The notes: generated by a model from the sequence alone, not told the origin. A stretch of 19,970 nt of DNA from a bacterium (GCA_049472335.1 JBLIRO010000081.1:1-19970), one strand, 5' to 3'. Shown: positions 1-10,368, counted from the first letter of the stretch. Translations and numbers: made by a program.

Positions 1-49
1 AAAATTATAAATTAGCGGATTTGATCTTAAATTGAGGAAATATTTTACA

Positions 50-829
50 ATGTCAGAAAAAAAAAGCTTTTGTGAATATGCTGTTGTTATATTGCTATTT
101 GTAGCATTTGTGTTCATTATGAAGCCCGCTGAAGCTCTTACTATTGAAACCTTTACAGATCGTTCCGACTGGGAGTCAGCCCTCTCTAATATATATCAGG
201 GAGATTTCAACTCATTTTTAGAATCCTGCAGCATTCCTTCATTCCCTGATTACAGGGAAGTCGGTGTTTCTTTTAAATTGCAGGAATTAAATAATAACAC
301 ATTGAACAAAAATATAATTACTCCCAAGACGAAATATAGCCTGGACTTAGATGGCTCAAGCTATATTAATGGCCTTGTAGAAAAAAAATCAATGGAAGAG
401 AAAGATCATGCGGTAAGATTGAGTTTTGTTTTTGATGACCCCATCACAGCATTCGGAGCAGATTTCAGGAATGCAAACAATGGCTCCGGAATAGATTTTC
501 TTCTCACACAGCTTGAGAACGATTCTGACGGAGAGTTAATATCAGGGAAAACTATGATGCGTAATGATGGTTTTTTTGGTTTTCTAATCAATGAGACATC
601 AGAAAACATTAGAGTAATAACTTTACAAGCCAGCGGCAGAATGAACGGAGAAAGGGCTTTACTTTCAGAAGGGTTCGGAATGGATAATATAATGTTTGTC
701 AAAGCCGATTATGTGGAACCGAGACAAAAGAAAAAGGAACCCACTAATTCCGTCCCGGAACCCTGCACCTTTTTCCTCTTAGGCTCACTTCTGATATGTT
801 TTGGAGTAATCAAAAAAAGATCTGAATAA
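50..829 (+). CDS. PEP-CTERM sorting domain-containing secreted protein
   Basis: N-terminal signal peptide (hydrophobic stretch then PAEA|L). C-terminal VPEP + transmembrane segment + basic tail (VPEPCTFFLLGSLLICFGVIKKRSE). ATG at 50 preferred over TTG at 32. Confidence 0.9.
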   Translation: MSEKKSFCEYAVVILLFVAFVFIMKPAEALTIETFTDRSDWESALSNIYQGDFNSFLESCSIPSFPDYREVGVSFKLQELNNNTLNKNIITPKTKYSLDLDGSSYINGLVEKKSMEEKDHAVRLSFVFDDPITAFGADFRNANNGSGIDFLLTQLENDSDGELISGKTMMRNDGFFGFLINETSENIRVITLQASGRMNGERALLSEGFGMDNIMFVKADYVEPRQKKKEPTNSVPEPCTFFLLGSLLICFGVIKKRSE

Positions 830-1116
830 TATCAAAATCACTCCTTATTCCCTACGTTTTTTTCCTTCCAATAAATGTCTGTCATCATGCATCCCGTCTA
901 TCAGGCATAATCTTAAAACCAAACCAAAACAATTTATATTCAATGTTATTGAGTTAAGATCTAAACCCAAATCTTTCTGAGTGTCCCATTAAAATAAAGA
1001 TGAATAAATATATGAATGGATCGTTCATTTCTGATACAATATCATTTTGTTAAAATTGTTATCCATGACTGATTTGATGACAACCAAAAGGACCCCAAAA
1101 ATAACAGGAGGTTATA

Positions 1117-3228
1117 TTGGATAAAGAGGATATACTCGGATTCATGTCTCAGGCCCCTTATCCCATGGGCTTTTCAGAATTAAACAAACGGATGAATATA
1201 TCCAAAAATAAAAGAGAAGCCTTTAAAAAACTGCTTAAACAGATGGAGAAAGATGGAGAGCTGATCGTTATAAAGGGCGGCCGCTATGGACTGCCTAAAC
1301 GGATGAACCTTGTCGTGGGACAGATTCAGGCCCATCCGGATGGTTATGGATTTTTGATCCCTGACCAGGCAGGCCAACCGGATGTTTTTATTAACGCGGG
1401 CCATATGAAAGGTGTATGGGATGGTGATCGTGTGGTAGTCAGGGTTGAAAAGGCCGAGAGCAAAAGGAAGCAGGAGGGTAGGGTAATCAGGGTCCTCAGC
1501 CGTAAGCATCAGCAGATAATAGGTAGATACGAAGGCACGAAAAGATTCGGGTATGTTGTGCCACAGGAAAAACGTCTGACAGAAGACATAGTCATACCCA
1601 GAAATCAAAGGGCGAACGCAAAAAAAGGCGATATTGTAGTCACCAGGATCACCCAGCACCCATCACAACACAGAAGCCCCGTTGGAAAGGTCATCGAGAT
1701 CCTCGGGAAAGAGGGAGATCAGGGGCTGGATGAAGAGATTATAATCCGCAACAGAGACCTGCCTGTCAAATTTCCGGAGGAATGTCTGAAAGAAGCGAAA
1801 ACAATACCCCTGGAAGTCCTGCCGGATCAAATAAAAAAAAGACTCGATCTAAGAGATCAGCTTGCCTTCACCATAGACGGCGAGACAGCGCATGATTTTG
1901 ATGACGCAGTTGCCATTGAAGATCTGGGAAAGGGCTGTGTCCGCCTCTGGATACATATTGCGGATGTAAGTTTTTATGTAAGCCCGAATACCGCTATTGA
2001 CAAAGAGGCTTATCAAAGGGCAACGAGTGTGTATTTCCCGGACCGGGTCCTGCCCATGCTGCCTTTCGAGCTTTCCAGCGGCATTTGCAGCCTGAAGCCC
2101 GATGAGAATCGTTTATCCATATCTGTTGCAATAGATTTCGGGGCAAGGGGAAACATCAGGGATTATCAGATCAGGGAGACAGTCATCAGGAGCAAGGCAA
2201 GGCTTACCTATACATTATGCGGCAAAATACTGGAAGGAAAGGCAAGCAGGCAGGAGAAGAACCAATGGAGACATATAATACCCTCACTGAAACGAATGCG
2301 GTCCCTCAGTCAAAAACTGAGAAAACGAAGGCAGGACCAGGGCAGCCTTGACTTTGACCTCCCTGAGCCCGAAATCATCCTGGATGTAAGCGGCAATATT
2401 CAGGATATCCTCAAACTTCAAAGAAATGATTCCCATATCCTGATAGAGGAATTCATGCTTATGGCTAACCGGATAGTGGCAACGCACCTTGTGAACAAAG
2501 ACTACCCTGTTATATTCAGAATACATGAGCCGCCGGATGAAGAAAAACTGGCTGGCCTCGGGGAATCCATTCATCCCCTTGGATATTCTTTACCCCCTCC
2601 GGAGGCGGTCAAGGCTAGGGATCTGCAGCGAATCCTTTCTTTGGCAAAGGGAAAGCCTGAGGAACAACTGCTAAACATGCTTCTTCTCAGATCCATGAAA
2701 AGGGCCAGATATGATGTAAAAAATAAAGGGCATTTCGGTCTTGCCATGGAAATGTATACGCACTTCACCTCTCCTATCCGCCGATATCCTGATCTTATCG
2801 TCCATAGACTATTGAGAGGGACCTGGGATCAAAAAAAGCTCGGCCTTGGCGGTCCCAAGCTTTACAGCTACCTGGAAAAGGCATCCGATCATACCTCAAC
2901 CAGGGAACGGATTGCCGAGGAAGCAGAGCGTGAGATTGTGGATTTGAAAAGGATAAGGTACATGATGAATAAATTGGGCGAGGAATATACAGGTATCATA
3001 AGCGGAGTAACGAGTTTTGGCATATTTGTTGAATTGGATGAGATCTTTGTAGAGGGACTGGTTCACATAAGCAGCATTACTGATGACTTCTATCACTTCT
3101 ATGACACAAGCCAGCAGTTGATAGGGGAAAGGACGCAAAATATCTTCCGGCTGGGAGACAGGGTAAAAATCAGGGTCGAAAAGGTGGATTTAGAGCGAAG
3201 ACAGATCGATTTCGGACTTGTCCGGTAA
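1117..3228 (+). CDS. rnr: Ribonuclease R
   Basis: N-terminal HTH, cold-shock domains (HPDGYGF), RNB catalytic motifs TIDGETAHDFDDA and YTHFTSPIRRYPDL, C-terminal S1 domain. TTG start preceded by AGGAGG. Confidence 0.95.
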   Translation: MDKEDILGFMSQAPYPMGFSELNKRMNISKNKREAFKKLLKQMEKDGELIVIKGGRYGLPKRMNLVVGQIQAHPDGYGFLIPDQAGQPDVFINAGHMKGVWDGDRVVVRVEKAESKRKQEGRVIRVLSRKHQQIIGRYEGTKRFGYVVPQEKRLTEDIVIPRNQRANAKKGDIVVTRITQHPSQHRSPVGKVIEILGKEGDQGLDEEIIIRNRDLPVKFPEECLKEAKTIPLEVLPDQIKKRLDLRDQLAFTIDGETAHDFDDAVAIEDLGKGCVRLWIHIADVSFYVSPNTAIDKEAYQRATSVYFPDRVLPMLPFELSSGICSLKPDENRLSISVAIDFGARGNIRDYQIRETVIRSKARLTYTLCGKILEGKASRQEKNQWRHIIPSLKRMRSLSQKLRKRRQDQGSLDFDLPEPEIILDVSGNIQDILKLQRNDSHILIEEFMLMANRIVATHLVNKDYPVIFRIHEPPDEEKLAGLGESIHPLGYSLPPPEAVKARDLQRILSLAKGKPEEQLLNMLLLRSMKRARYDVKNKGHFGLAMEMYTHFTSPIRRYPDLIVHRLLRGTWDQKKLGLGGPKLYSYLEKASDHTSTRERIAEEAEREIVDLKRIRYMMNKLGEEYTGIISGVTSFGIFVELDEIFVEGLVHISSITDDFYHFYDTSQQLIGERTQNIFRLGDRVKIRVEKVDLERRQIDFGLVR

Positions 3229-3237
3229 AACCGCTTC

Positions 3238-3648
3238 TTATCTTTTATGCTTATGGCATGAAGTACATATGGTAGGACCTGTCTTGTTGCCATCAGGGCC
3301 TGTAATAATATGGCACCCCAAACACTGTTTCATAAAAGCCGTCCTGAGGGAAACCGCGTCACCCGCCCTGTCTCTTCCATGACAAGTTACACAAGACAGT
3401 GGCATATCATAGGAGTTTACCTCCCATTCATGATGACATTTTTGACAATCAATCCCTGATTCAATATGATCCCTATGGCCAAAATGAACCGGGCCGAACA
3501 TGTCCAATCTGTGAATGTCGTGCTCGATGATAATAGATTCGGGTATTTCCTGAGCCAAACAGGATTGAAGACCCTTTAAACAAAAAAAACCCTGGATTAA
3601 AAAACAAAGCAAAAACAAGATATATAGTTTTTTCGCTGGATTGACCAT
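3238..3648 (-). CDS. Tetraheme class III cytochrome c (cytochrome c3 family)
   Basis: Signal peptide; four CXXCH motifs (CQKCH, CVTCH, CLGCH, CTSCH); c3-type PVHFGHRDH, CHH and terminal GPTICTSCH. Confidence 0.9.
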   Translation of the reverse strand: MVNPAKKLYILFLLCFLIQGFFCLKGLQSCLAQEIPESIIIEHDIHRLDMFGPVHFGHRDHIESGIDCQKCHHEWEVNSYDMPLSCVTCHGRDRAGDAVSLRTAFMKQCLGCHIITGPDGNKTGPTICTSCHKHKR

Positions 3649-3718
3649 TATCCCCCCAGATGTGATGATCGTTTTACATCCAAAACTCTATAATAGAAGT
3701 ATTTTTCTGGAAGCATTC

Positions 3719-3734
3719 TGCAAATTATGTTCCA
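3719..3734 (-). promoter_or_regulatory. sigma54 -24/-12 promoter of cytochrome c3 gene
   Basis: Minus strand reads TGGAACATAATTTGCA (GG-N10-GC; consensus TGGCAC-N5-TTGCW), ~70 bp upstream of the ATG at 3648. Confidence 0.75.
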
Positions 3735-3847
3735 CTTTTCCGGGTCCTTTAAATCATCTATATATAAAGCATCAAACATGACAAAGTTAAAAAAGGGATG
3801 CCGATGATGAATCATTAATGATCAAAATAAGAACATCTCTTTTCAGA

Positions 3848-5164
3848 CTATGAACGATTTTTGGATTTCAATAATCTTCTTATACGATTCAAGTATGTGG
3901 AAATCTTTGCCTCGTACCCCCTGTCTGTTGGATTGTAAAATTTGGACCCGGTCAATTGATCCGGCAGATATTGTTGCGCCACATACCCACCCGGGAATTC
4001 ATGCGGATAAAGATATCCTTTTCCATATTTCAGGTTCTTCATCAGGCGGGTAGGTGCATTCCTGATATGGAAAGGTACGGGTAAAGGGCCTTTTTCAACA
4101 GCCATCTTTCTGGCCATCTTATAGCCGAGGTATGATGCGTTGCTCTTGGGGGCTGAAGCGAGATATGTGGCTGCCTGGGCAAGAGGGATCCATCCTTCGG
4201 CATCTCCGACAAAATGAAATGCGTTCATGGCGGCAACGGCCACCTGAATGGCCTGAGGATCGGCATTCCCGATATCCTCGGAGGCGAAAATGATCATCCT
4301 TCTCGCAATAAACAGGGGATCTTCCCCGGACTCCAGCATTCTGGCAAGCCAGTATAAAGCGGCATCCGGATCGCTCCCGCGCATGCTCTTGATAAAGGCT
4401 GATATAACATTGTAATGCTCCTCGCCCCCCTTATCGTAAAGAAGCGCCTTTTTCTGCATTGCCTGCTGCACCACGGAAATATCTATCTTTATCTTCCCTG
4501 CCTTCTCAGGCTCCTTAATATCTCCGGCCATAAATTCAACAGAATTCTCCAGGACCGTAAGGGCCACGCGAGCATCCCCCTGGGAGTATTCTGCAAGCCA
4601 GGCAATGACCTTATCTTCAACCTCTAGTTGCCGGTATTTCCCCAGTCCCTTTTCCTCATCCTGGATTGACCTTTTCAGGATCAACATAATATCATCCTTA
4701 GTTAGGGCCTTTAATACAAACACCCTTGCCCGTGAAAGGAGAGGCGGTATGATCTCGAAGGAAGGATTCTCCGTTGTGGCGCCGATCAGAATGATAGATC
4801 CCGATTCCACATATGGGAGAAAGGCATCCTGCTGGGCCTTATTAAAGCGATGGATTTCATCCACGAATAAAATGGTCTTCAGCCCTTCTTCCTTGTCCTT
4901 TTCAGCCTGTTTCATAATTTTTCTTGCCTCATTAATACCGGAGAGAACTGCGGACAGGGTTACAAAGGAGGATTTTGAGTGACCGGCGATAAGATGCGCG
5001 AGCGTTGTTTTACCTGATCCCGGCGGCCCCCACAGCATAATCGAAGGCACCTGATCCTTCAATATTGCCTGCCTCAGGTAACACCCTTCATCAAGGATAT
5101 GTGACTGGCCCACAAATTCCGAGATATTTGCAGGCCTCATACGTTCAGCCAATGGAGGTACCAT
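3848..5164 (-). CDS. rarA: Replication-associated recombination protein A (MgsA/RarA AAA+ ATPase)
   Basis: PLAERMRP, Walker A GPPGSGKTT, DEIHRFNKAQQD, GATTENPSF, SAFIKSMRGSDPDAA, ASEDIGNADP, VPFHIRNAPT. Confidence 0.95.
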   Translation of the reverse strand: MVPPLAERMRPANISEFVGQSHILDEGCYLRQAILKDQVPSIMLWGPPGSGKTTLAHLIAGHSKSSFVTLSAVLSGINEARKIMKQAEKDKEEGLKTILFVDEIHRFNKAQQDAFLPYVESGSIILIGATTENPSFEIIPPLLSRARVFVLKALTKDDIMLILKRSIQDEEKGLGKYRQLEVEDKVIAWLAEYSQGDARVALTVLENSVEFMAGDIKEPEKAGKIKIDISVVQQAMQKKALLYDKGGEEHYNVISAFIKSMRGSDPDAALYWLARMLESGEDPLFIARRMIIFASEDIGNADPQAIQVAVAAMNAFHFVGDAEGWIPLAQAATYLASAPKSNASYLGYKMARKMAVEKGPLPVPFHIRNAPTRLMKNLKYGKGYLYPHEFPGGYVAQQYLPDQLTGSKFYNPTDRGYEAKISTYLNRIRRLLKSKNRS

Positions 5165-5192
5165 AAAATATTCCTGAAAATTCCTAATTATT

Positions 5193-5768
5193 TCAAATTT
5201 TTTTAAAAATCAATTCCTCTGTCGAGCGCTTGGGCACATGATGTGTTCCGTTTTCATCACGCCAATATTTAATATTCCTGTCCTCATAAATATCTTCAAG
5301 CAGAATCCTTTCTGCCGGTTTCCCCAGCGCAATTACATATAGTATCTCATATTTATCCGGTATTGAAAAAGACCTTCTGAGCCCTTCACGATCAATGGAG
5401 CCCAGGATGCATCCCCCAAGTCCCAATTCCACTGCTCCCAGCAATATACTCTGACAGGCTATGCCGGCATCACAATGAAAATTTCTGTTTATGGAGGTAT
5501 CGCCAAGCAAAACAATATAGGCAGACGGCCTTTCTCCTTCAGACGGACCCGGCCACTCCGTCAGATATCCGGCCCATGAGAGGGTGTCGAAAATCAGCTT
5601 ATTTTTTTCCTCAGACGAGCACAACAAAAATTTCAGCGGCTGTAAATTCGCTGCTGAAGGGCAAAAACGCGAAAGCTCAATCAGGGAGACCAAAGTCTCA
5701 TTACCTATCCTGAAACCTTCATCATATCTTCTGTAGCTCCTGTTTTTAAGTATCAGATCTTTTATCAT
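5193..5768 (-). CDS. Nitroreductase family protein
   Basis: NRSYRRY, PSAANLQP, DAGIACQSILLGAVELGLGGC, IALGKP, VPKR motifs. ATG at 5768 preceded by AAGGAG; 28 bp upstream of rarA, so probably co-transcribed. Confidence 0.9.
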   Translation of the reverse strand: MIKDLILKNRSYRRYDEGFRIGNETLVSLIELSRFCPSAANLQPLKFLLCSSEEKNKLIFDTLSWAGYLTEWPGPSEGERPSAYIVLLGDTSINRNFHCDAGIACQSILLGAVELGLGGCILGSIDREGLRRSFSIPDKYEILYVIALGKPAERILLEDIYEDRNIKYWRDENGTHHVPKRSTEELIFKKI

Positions 5769-6017
5769 GATATGTTTCTCCTTAACTAATCTATAATCTA
5801 TAATCAGTTTGAATATACTCAAATCAAAAAATCAAATAAAATCCTATTATGGCACAATCTCCAAATAGTTCAAAAAATAATCACCCATGTTTATTAATTA
5901 ATCATTCTAAATTAATGGTTCGGATTCAATTATTAAAAAACACCCCCATATTTTTATTATATAACATAATAATTTAATTTTATATTATTAATTAAATTAT
6001 TAAAGCCCAATCTGTTT

Positions 6018-6033
6018 TGGCAGCCATTATGCT
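6018..6033 (+). promoter_or_regulatory. sigma54 -24/-12 promoter of octaheme cytochrome gene
   Basis: TGGCAGCCATTATGCT (GG-N10-GC), ~78 bp upstream of the ATG at 6111. Confidence 0.6.
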
Positions 6034-6110
6034 TTTCTGAAGGTGGCACAATACAATATATTTATAAGAATAATTAATAAATAATGTGAGAAGAGTCTCA
6101 GAGTAAAGGA

Positions 6111-7706
6111 ATGATGAAAAAGTTTTGCCTCCTGCTTCTCCCGACACTCATTCTCTGTCTGTGCCTGTTCTTCATGTTTTCCTCAAAAATCGGAGCACAA
6201 TATTTTCCTTATATTGGTTCTTATTCCCAGTATAACAATCCAATAAGCCTTATATACCCGGGAAACAATACACTCAATCCACTTAATATCATCAATAATT
6301 ATAATCAAAATTTACCTTTTTTGCCCTGGTTAAATCCAAGTTCCGGATCATTATGGAGTCTCATACTCCAGGATCTTTATAATATAGGTACAGGGACACA
6401 GCTCTCTACAAATCTTAGCTCAATAGCACAGGGACAATATCAGACAAATTCCAATTTTTATTCCCCATATAATCCATCTTCACAGATTCAGCTCACATCG
6501 GGGTTAAATACCTATTCGCCCTCCGCTTTTTCATTAGCTTCAATTTTTCAAACAGGAGCAGCGGGTTCAATCTCGCCTTATGGCAGCCAGCCCTTTTCTA
6601 ATATAAATTCCATTTCTTACACACCACAAACAAGCATAATTCCATTTGTTAATATAAATCAGGGAATCTATCCATATTCCAATGCCAACCAGGGATATTT
6701 TCCATATACTAATTCCGGCCTTGGGCAGCCCGTTCTGAATTACTATGGTACAGGGGTTTATTCAGGAGTATTCGCCACTCAACCCTATTTACCAAACAGC
6801 AGCTATTATTTACCAGCCACAACCGGTTCCGCATTGGATGATATTCGCATTACTTCACTTCTTGAAGCTGAACTGGTCTTGGCCAATCCTGATTACGGCA
6901 TGTATTGCTGGGACCCTCCAAGCTGGATTAATGGAGGATACAGGGTAGGAATATGGTGTTATAAAATTCCCATCAGAGCCCAATCCTTAGACAAGCGGGG
7001 AAGGCTTTTCGATGAAGCCCCAGGCTTTACAGTTGATCCAACCGGTGAATCTGGTCTTATGGAATTAATTGATGATTCCATATCACTTTATCGTGGCATC
7101 ATAACTGCCGATGCACCAAATGAGTATCAGGTCACAGTTGTGGTGGATTCTGCATCCACCGTGGCTATAGCCAAAAGAAGAAATGCCTCCTGCGATGTAT
7201 GCCATCCCACACCGCCAGGACACATTGGTGTGGAAATGACATGGGGTAACTGCCACGAATGCCATAACCTTGGGGACAAACTTCACAGGCATGCCTATAA
7301 TGCATATATACCAGTCGACAGGTGCTATACATGTCATCCCGCTGGTTGTCTTTCCGGATCTCATGGACAGCGTGGTATATGGTGCACACCCTGCCATGGC
7401 ACACTCGAGGACGCCGCCAATGGCAGAATGAAAATATCGGGTCAACTGGGAAAGCCCCTGTGTGGCGACTGTCATGATCCGATTCATTCCGAACCTGGAG
7501 GTGAGCTTTTTGTCAACTCATCCGGACATGGTGGTATCTGGTGTATCAACTGTCATGGGGCCACCCATGTTGAATTGTCCGAGCCTGTCGGTCTCAACAA
7601 CTGTACATTCTGTCATACCGTTCAAGCCAGCATCAAATGGATGGGCCCCAATTGTGGCCTTTGTCACGGGTCTTCCGTCTCTCCTCATTTTGTTAAAAGT
7701 CTATAG
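6111..7706 (+). CDS. Secreted octaheme c-type cytochrome with long N-terminal low-complexity region
   Basis: Signal peptide (…KIGA|QY); eight CXXCH motifs in the C-terminal third (CDVCH, CHECH, CYTCH, CTPCH, CGDCH, CINCH, CTFCH, CGLCH); eight further His residues among them. Confidence 0.9.
   Translation: MMKKFCLLLLPTLILCLCLFFMFSSKIGAQYFPYIGSYSQYNNPISLIYPGNNTLNPLNIINNYNQNLPFLPWLNPSSGSLWSLILQDLYNIGTGTQLSTNLSSIAQGQYQTNSNFYSPYNPSSQIQLTSGLNTYSPSAFSLASIFQTGAAGSISPYGSQPFSNINSISYTPQTSIIPFVNINQGIYPYSNANQGYFPYTNSGLGQPVLNYYGTGVYSGVFATQPYLPNSSYYLPATTGSALDDIRITSLLEAELVLANPDYGMYCWDPPSWINGGYRVGIWCYKIPIRAQSLDKRGRLFDEAPGFTVDPTGESGLMELIDDSISLYRGIITADAPNEYQVTVVVDSASTVAIAKRRNASCDVCHPTPPGHIGVEMTWGNCHECHNLGDKLHRHAYNAYIPVDRCYTCHPAGCLSGSHGQRGIWCTPCHGTLEDAANGRMKISGQLGKPLCGDCHDPIHSEPGGELFVNSSGHGGIWCINCHGATHVELSEPVGLNNCTFCHTVQASIKWMGPNCGLCHGSSVSPHFVKSL
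6651..6710 (+). repeat. Degenerate 30-bp in-frame tandem repeat
   Basis: aatataaatcagggaatctatccatattcc / aatgccaaccagggatattttccatatact, encoding NINQGIYPYS / NANQGYFPYT. Confidence 0.75.
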
Positions 7707-7887
7707 AACTTGCAAATAATCTGAAAGCGTGATAGGTCTTAGTAAAGAACCAAAAAGGGGGACGGTTCTATTTTTTGATTAAAGAACACAATTACTATGA
7801 TTAGAATTGCTTTATTATATGTTCTACAAATCTGACAACAAAGAAGGTTTAAAAACTTGATCATCTTATTAAGCAAAGGGGAAAGGG

Positions 7888-8622
7888 ATGGAAAAGCAGG
7901 TTGCATTAATTACCGGGGCAGGCAGCGGCATCGGGCAGGCCACGGCTGTCACACTTTCTAAGATGGGTATCAATACAGTGCTTAACGACATTTCAAAAAG
8001 GGGCCTTGATGAAACCCTGCATATGGTACATAAAAAAGGAACGAAATCCTTTGCTGCCGTTGGTGATATCTCTTCTCCGGATGATGTCGACATGATAGTT
8101 GATATGACTGTATCCGAATTCGATCATCTTGATATTTTGGTGAATAATGCAGGAATAATCAAAGATAATTGGCTATGGAATATGAGTGAGGATATGTGGG
8201 ACAAGGTCCTGGATACCAATCTTAAAGGGGCATTTCTTTGCTCAAGGGCTGCGGTAAGACATATGGGTAAACAAAAATGGGGAAGGATCGTCAACATTTC
8301 TTCAATCTCCCATCTGGGAAATTATTGTCAGGCCAATTACAGCTCATCCAAGGCCGGACTTATTGGTTTAACCAGAACATTGGCCTTGGAGCTTGCCCAG
8401 TTCAATATCACGGTTAATTGTGTGGTTCCCGGCCTTATCGATACACCAATGATCCAGGGCATGAAACAGGAAGCCGTTGTTAAAAGAATACCTCTCAGAA
8501 GACTCGGCCGACCGGAGGATGTGGCAAATCTGGTAGCCTTTCTGGTATCTAATGAGGCCGATTATATCACCGGGGAGACAATAGCCATAAATGGTGGACT
8601 GAGCCTGGGGATAGGATTATAA
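7888..8622 (+). CDS. fabG: Short-chain dehydrogenase/reductase, 3-oxoacyl-ACP reductase (FabG)-like
   Basis: TGAGSGIG, LVNNAGI, catalytic YSSSK, IPLRRLGRPEDVA, YITGETIAINGG. Not in a fab operon, so it may be a paralogue. Confidence 0.75.
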   Translation: MEKQVALITGAGSGIGQATAVTLSKMGINTVLNDISKRGLDETLHMVHKKGTKSFAAVGDISSPDDVDMIVDMTVSEFDHLDILVNNAGIIKDNWLWNMSEDMWDKVLDTNLKGAFLCSRAAVRHMGKQKWGRIVNISSISHLGNYCQANYSSSKAGLIGLTRTLALELAQFNITVNCVVPGLIDTPMIQGMKQEAVVKRIPLRRLGRPEDVANLVAFLVSNEADYITGETIAINGGLSLGIGL

Positions 8623-8925
8623 TATATAATAGGATAGTTTAAGAAATTTAATGAACCTTGTTAACTAATTTTACTTATTATTGAGAATTTTTAAAAATTT
8701 TTTAAAAGGTAATTGTACTGCAAAAAAATCAATATATTGTTAACCATTTAATAAATTTACAATATATAGTCTATTTCCCCTGAAGTTTTTGACTTTTTTA
8801 CAATTACATCTTATTTAATGCTTAATAAGAATTTCTATAAGATCTTAGTTATTTGAAACAGGTTAAGCGGGACATTGAAAAAAGAAGTGTGAATTTTAAA
8901 ACCTTATAATAAAAGCCCTGATCTC

Positions 8926-10308
8926 ATGAGTAATGAGCAAAAGATTATGAAACCTAGAAGATTATTTCACATTACTACCTTTGGCTGCCAAATGAACGAA
9001 CACGACTCGGAGCGTATGGCCGCCCTGTTGAGCGCCGATGGATTTTCGTGGACCGAAGACATTGACAAGGCAGACCTGGTTTTAATCAATAGCTGCACAA
9101 TCCGTAAAAAGGCCGAAGAAAAGGCCTTCAGCCAGGCGGGCCGCTTGAAGGGATTAAAAAAACATAATCCCCGGCTCAGGATCGGGTTTTGCGGATGTGT
9201 TGCCCAGAGAGAGAAGGAAAGGATCTTTAACAGACTCCCTCATATTGATCTTGTGTTCGGGACTCTCAATATTAATAATGTTAGTGCCCTTGTGAAAAGA
9301 CTCTGGGAAGAAGGTGGAAAAATCTGCCAGGTTTTGGAAGTCCATTCCTCTGATACTAATCAAACCCTCTCTGCTGATACTAATCATACCTGCCTTGCTT
9401 TACGCTCCAGCCCTGTTAAGGCATGGGTTACCATCATGGAAGGCTGCAACAACTTCTGTACGTATTGTGTCGTTCCATATGTCAGAGGCAGAGAGAGAAG
9501 CCGTACCCCGGATGATATACTGAAAGAGATATATCTTTTGGTTGACTCAGGATACAAAGAGGTGACCCTGCTTGGGCAAAATGTAAATTCTTACGGAAAG
9601 GGCTTGAATCCATATATGGATTTTGCAGGCCTCTTGTATCGCCTTTCAGATGTCCCCGGCCTTGAAAGGATCAGGTTTACCACATCACACCCCAAGGATT
9701 TATCCAATAATCTGATTCTGGCAATGAGGGATTGTAAAAATGTCTGCGAGCATATTCATTTGCCCATGCAATCGGGATCTGATCCTGTTCTTAAAAGTAT
9801 GGGCAGGGGCTACACCGTGGAAGAGTATCTCGACAAGGTAGACGCCATAAGAAAATCAATACCCGGTGTAGCCATTACAGGGGACATGATATGTGGTTTT
9901 CCCGGTGAAACGGATAATGATTTTGAGGAGACGCTCAGAATTGTGGAAGATATTCGATTCGATGGACTTTTCACGTTTAAATACTCCACCCGACCGCAAA
10001 CCCTTGCGTCTCGGATCTTGGACCAGGTCCCTGAAGAGGTTAAACTGGAAAGGCTCAGGAGGCTTCAATCCTTGCAAAATCAAGTTTGTAATGAAATTAA
10101 CGCAAGTATGGTAAATAAATTCCAGCAGATCCTGATAGAAGGTCCCAGTAAAAAGGACCCCCTGAAATTGACAGGGCGAACCAGAACAAATAAAGTAGTA
10201 AATATATCAGGGCCAAACGACCTGATCGGCAAAACTGTTATGGTCAGAATTACAAGATCCAAACCCTTCGACCTTGAAGCCGAGCTTGCTTCTGAGATAA
10301 TGCCTTGA
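8926..10308 (+). CDS. miaB: tRNA-2-methylthio-N6-dimethylallyladenosine synthase
   Basis: TFGCQMNEHDSE, NSCTIR, GCVAQ, radical SAM CNNFCTYC, LLGQNVNSYG, RFTTSHP, C-terminal TRAM domain (GRTRTNKVV). Confidence 0.95.
   Translation: MSNEQKIMKPRRLFHITTFGCQMNEHDSERMAALLSADGFSWTEDIDKADLVLINSCTIRKKAEEKAFSQAGRLKGLKKHNPRLRIGFCGCVAQREKERIFNRLPHIDLVFGTLNINNVSALVKRLWEEGGKICQVLEVHSSDTNQTLSADTNHTCLALRSSPVKAWVTIMEGCNNFCTYCVVPYVRGRERSRTPDDILKEIYLLVDSGYKEVTLLGQNVNSYGKGLNPYMDFAGLLYRLSDVPGLERIRFTTSHPKDLSNNLILAMRDCKNVCEHIHLPMQSGSDPVLKSMGRGYTVEEYLDKVDAIRKSIPGVAITGDMICGFPGETDNDFEETLRIVEDIRFDGLFTFKYSTRPQTLASRILDQVPEEVKLERLRRLQSLQNQVCNEINASMVNKFQQILIEGPSKKDPLKLTGRTRTNKVVNISGPNDLIGKTVMVRITRSKPFDLEAELASEIMP
9350..9390 (+). 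repeat. 24-bp-period in-frame duplication inside miaB
   Basis: ctgatactaatcaaacc (9350-9366) vs ctgatactaatcatacc (9374-9390), 16/17 identical; encodes SDTNQTLSADTNHT. Confidence 0.8.
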
Positions 10309-10368
10309 TTTTTTATATTTTTTTAAATTCTTTTTTACAATAATTTAATTTTCTAAAATAACAAAAAC

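Noticed and set aside
5850..6052. TGGCACAAT at 5850 and 6044 as sigma54 -24 boxes
   Set aside because: Neither has GC ten bases after the GG.
7752..7777. aaaagggggacggttctattttttg as a REP-like relic or terminator
   Set aside because: Single copy with no convincing stem.
8727..8739. IHF consensus upstream of miaB
   Set aside because: Isolated match in very AT-rich DNA with no supporting context.
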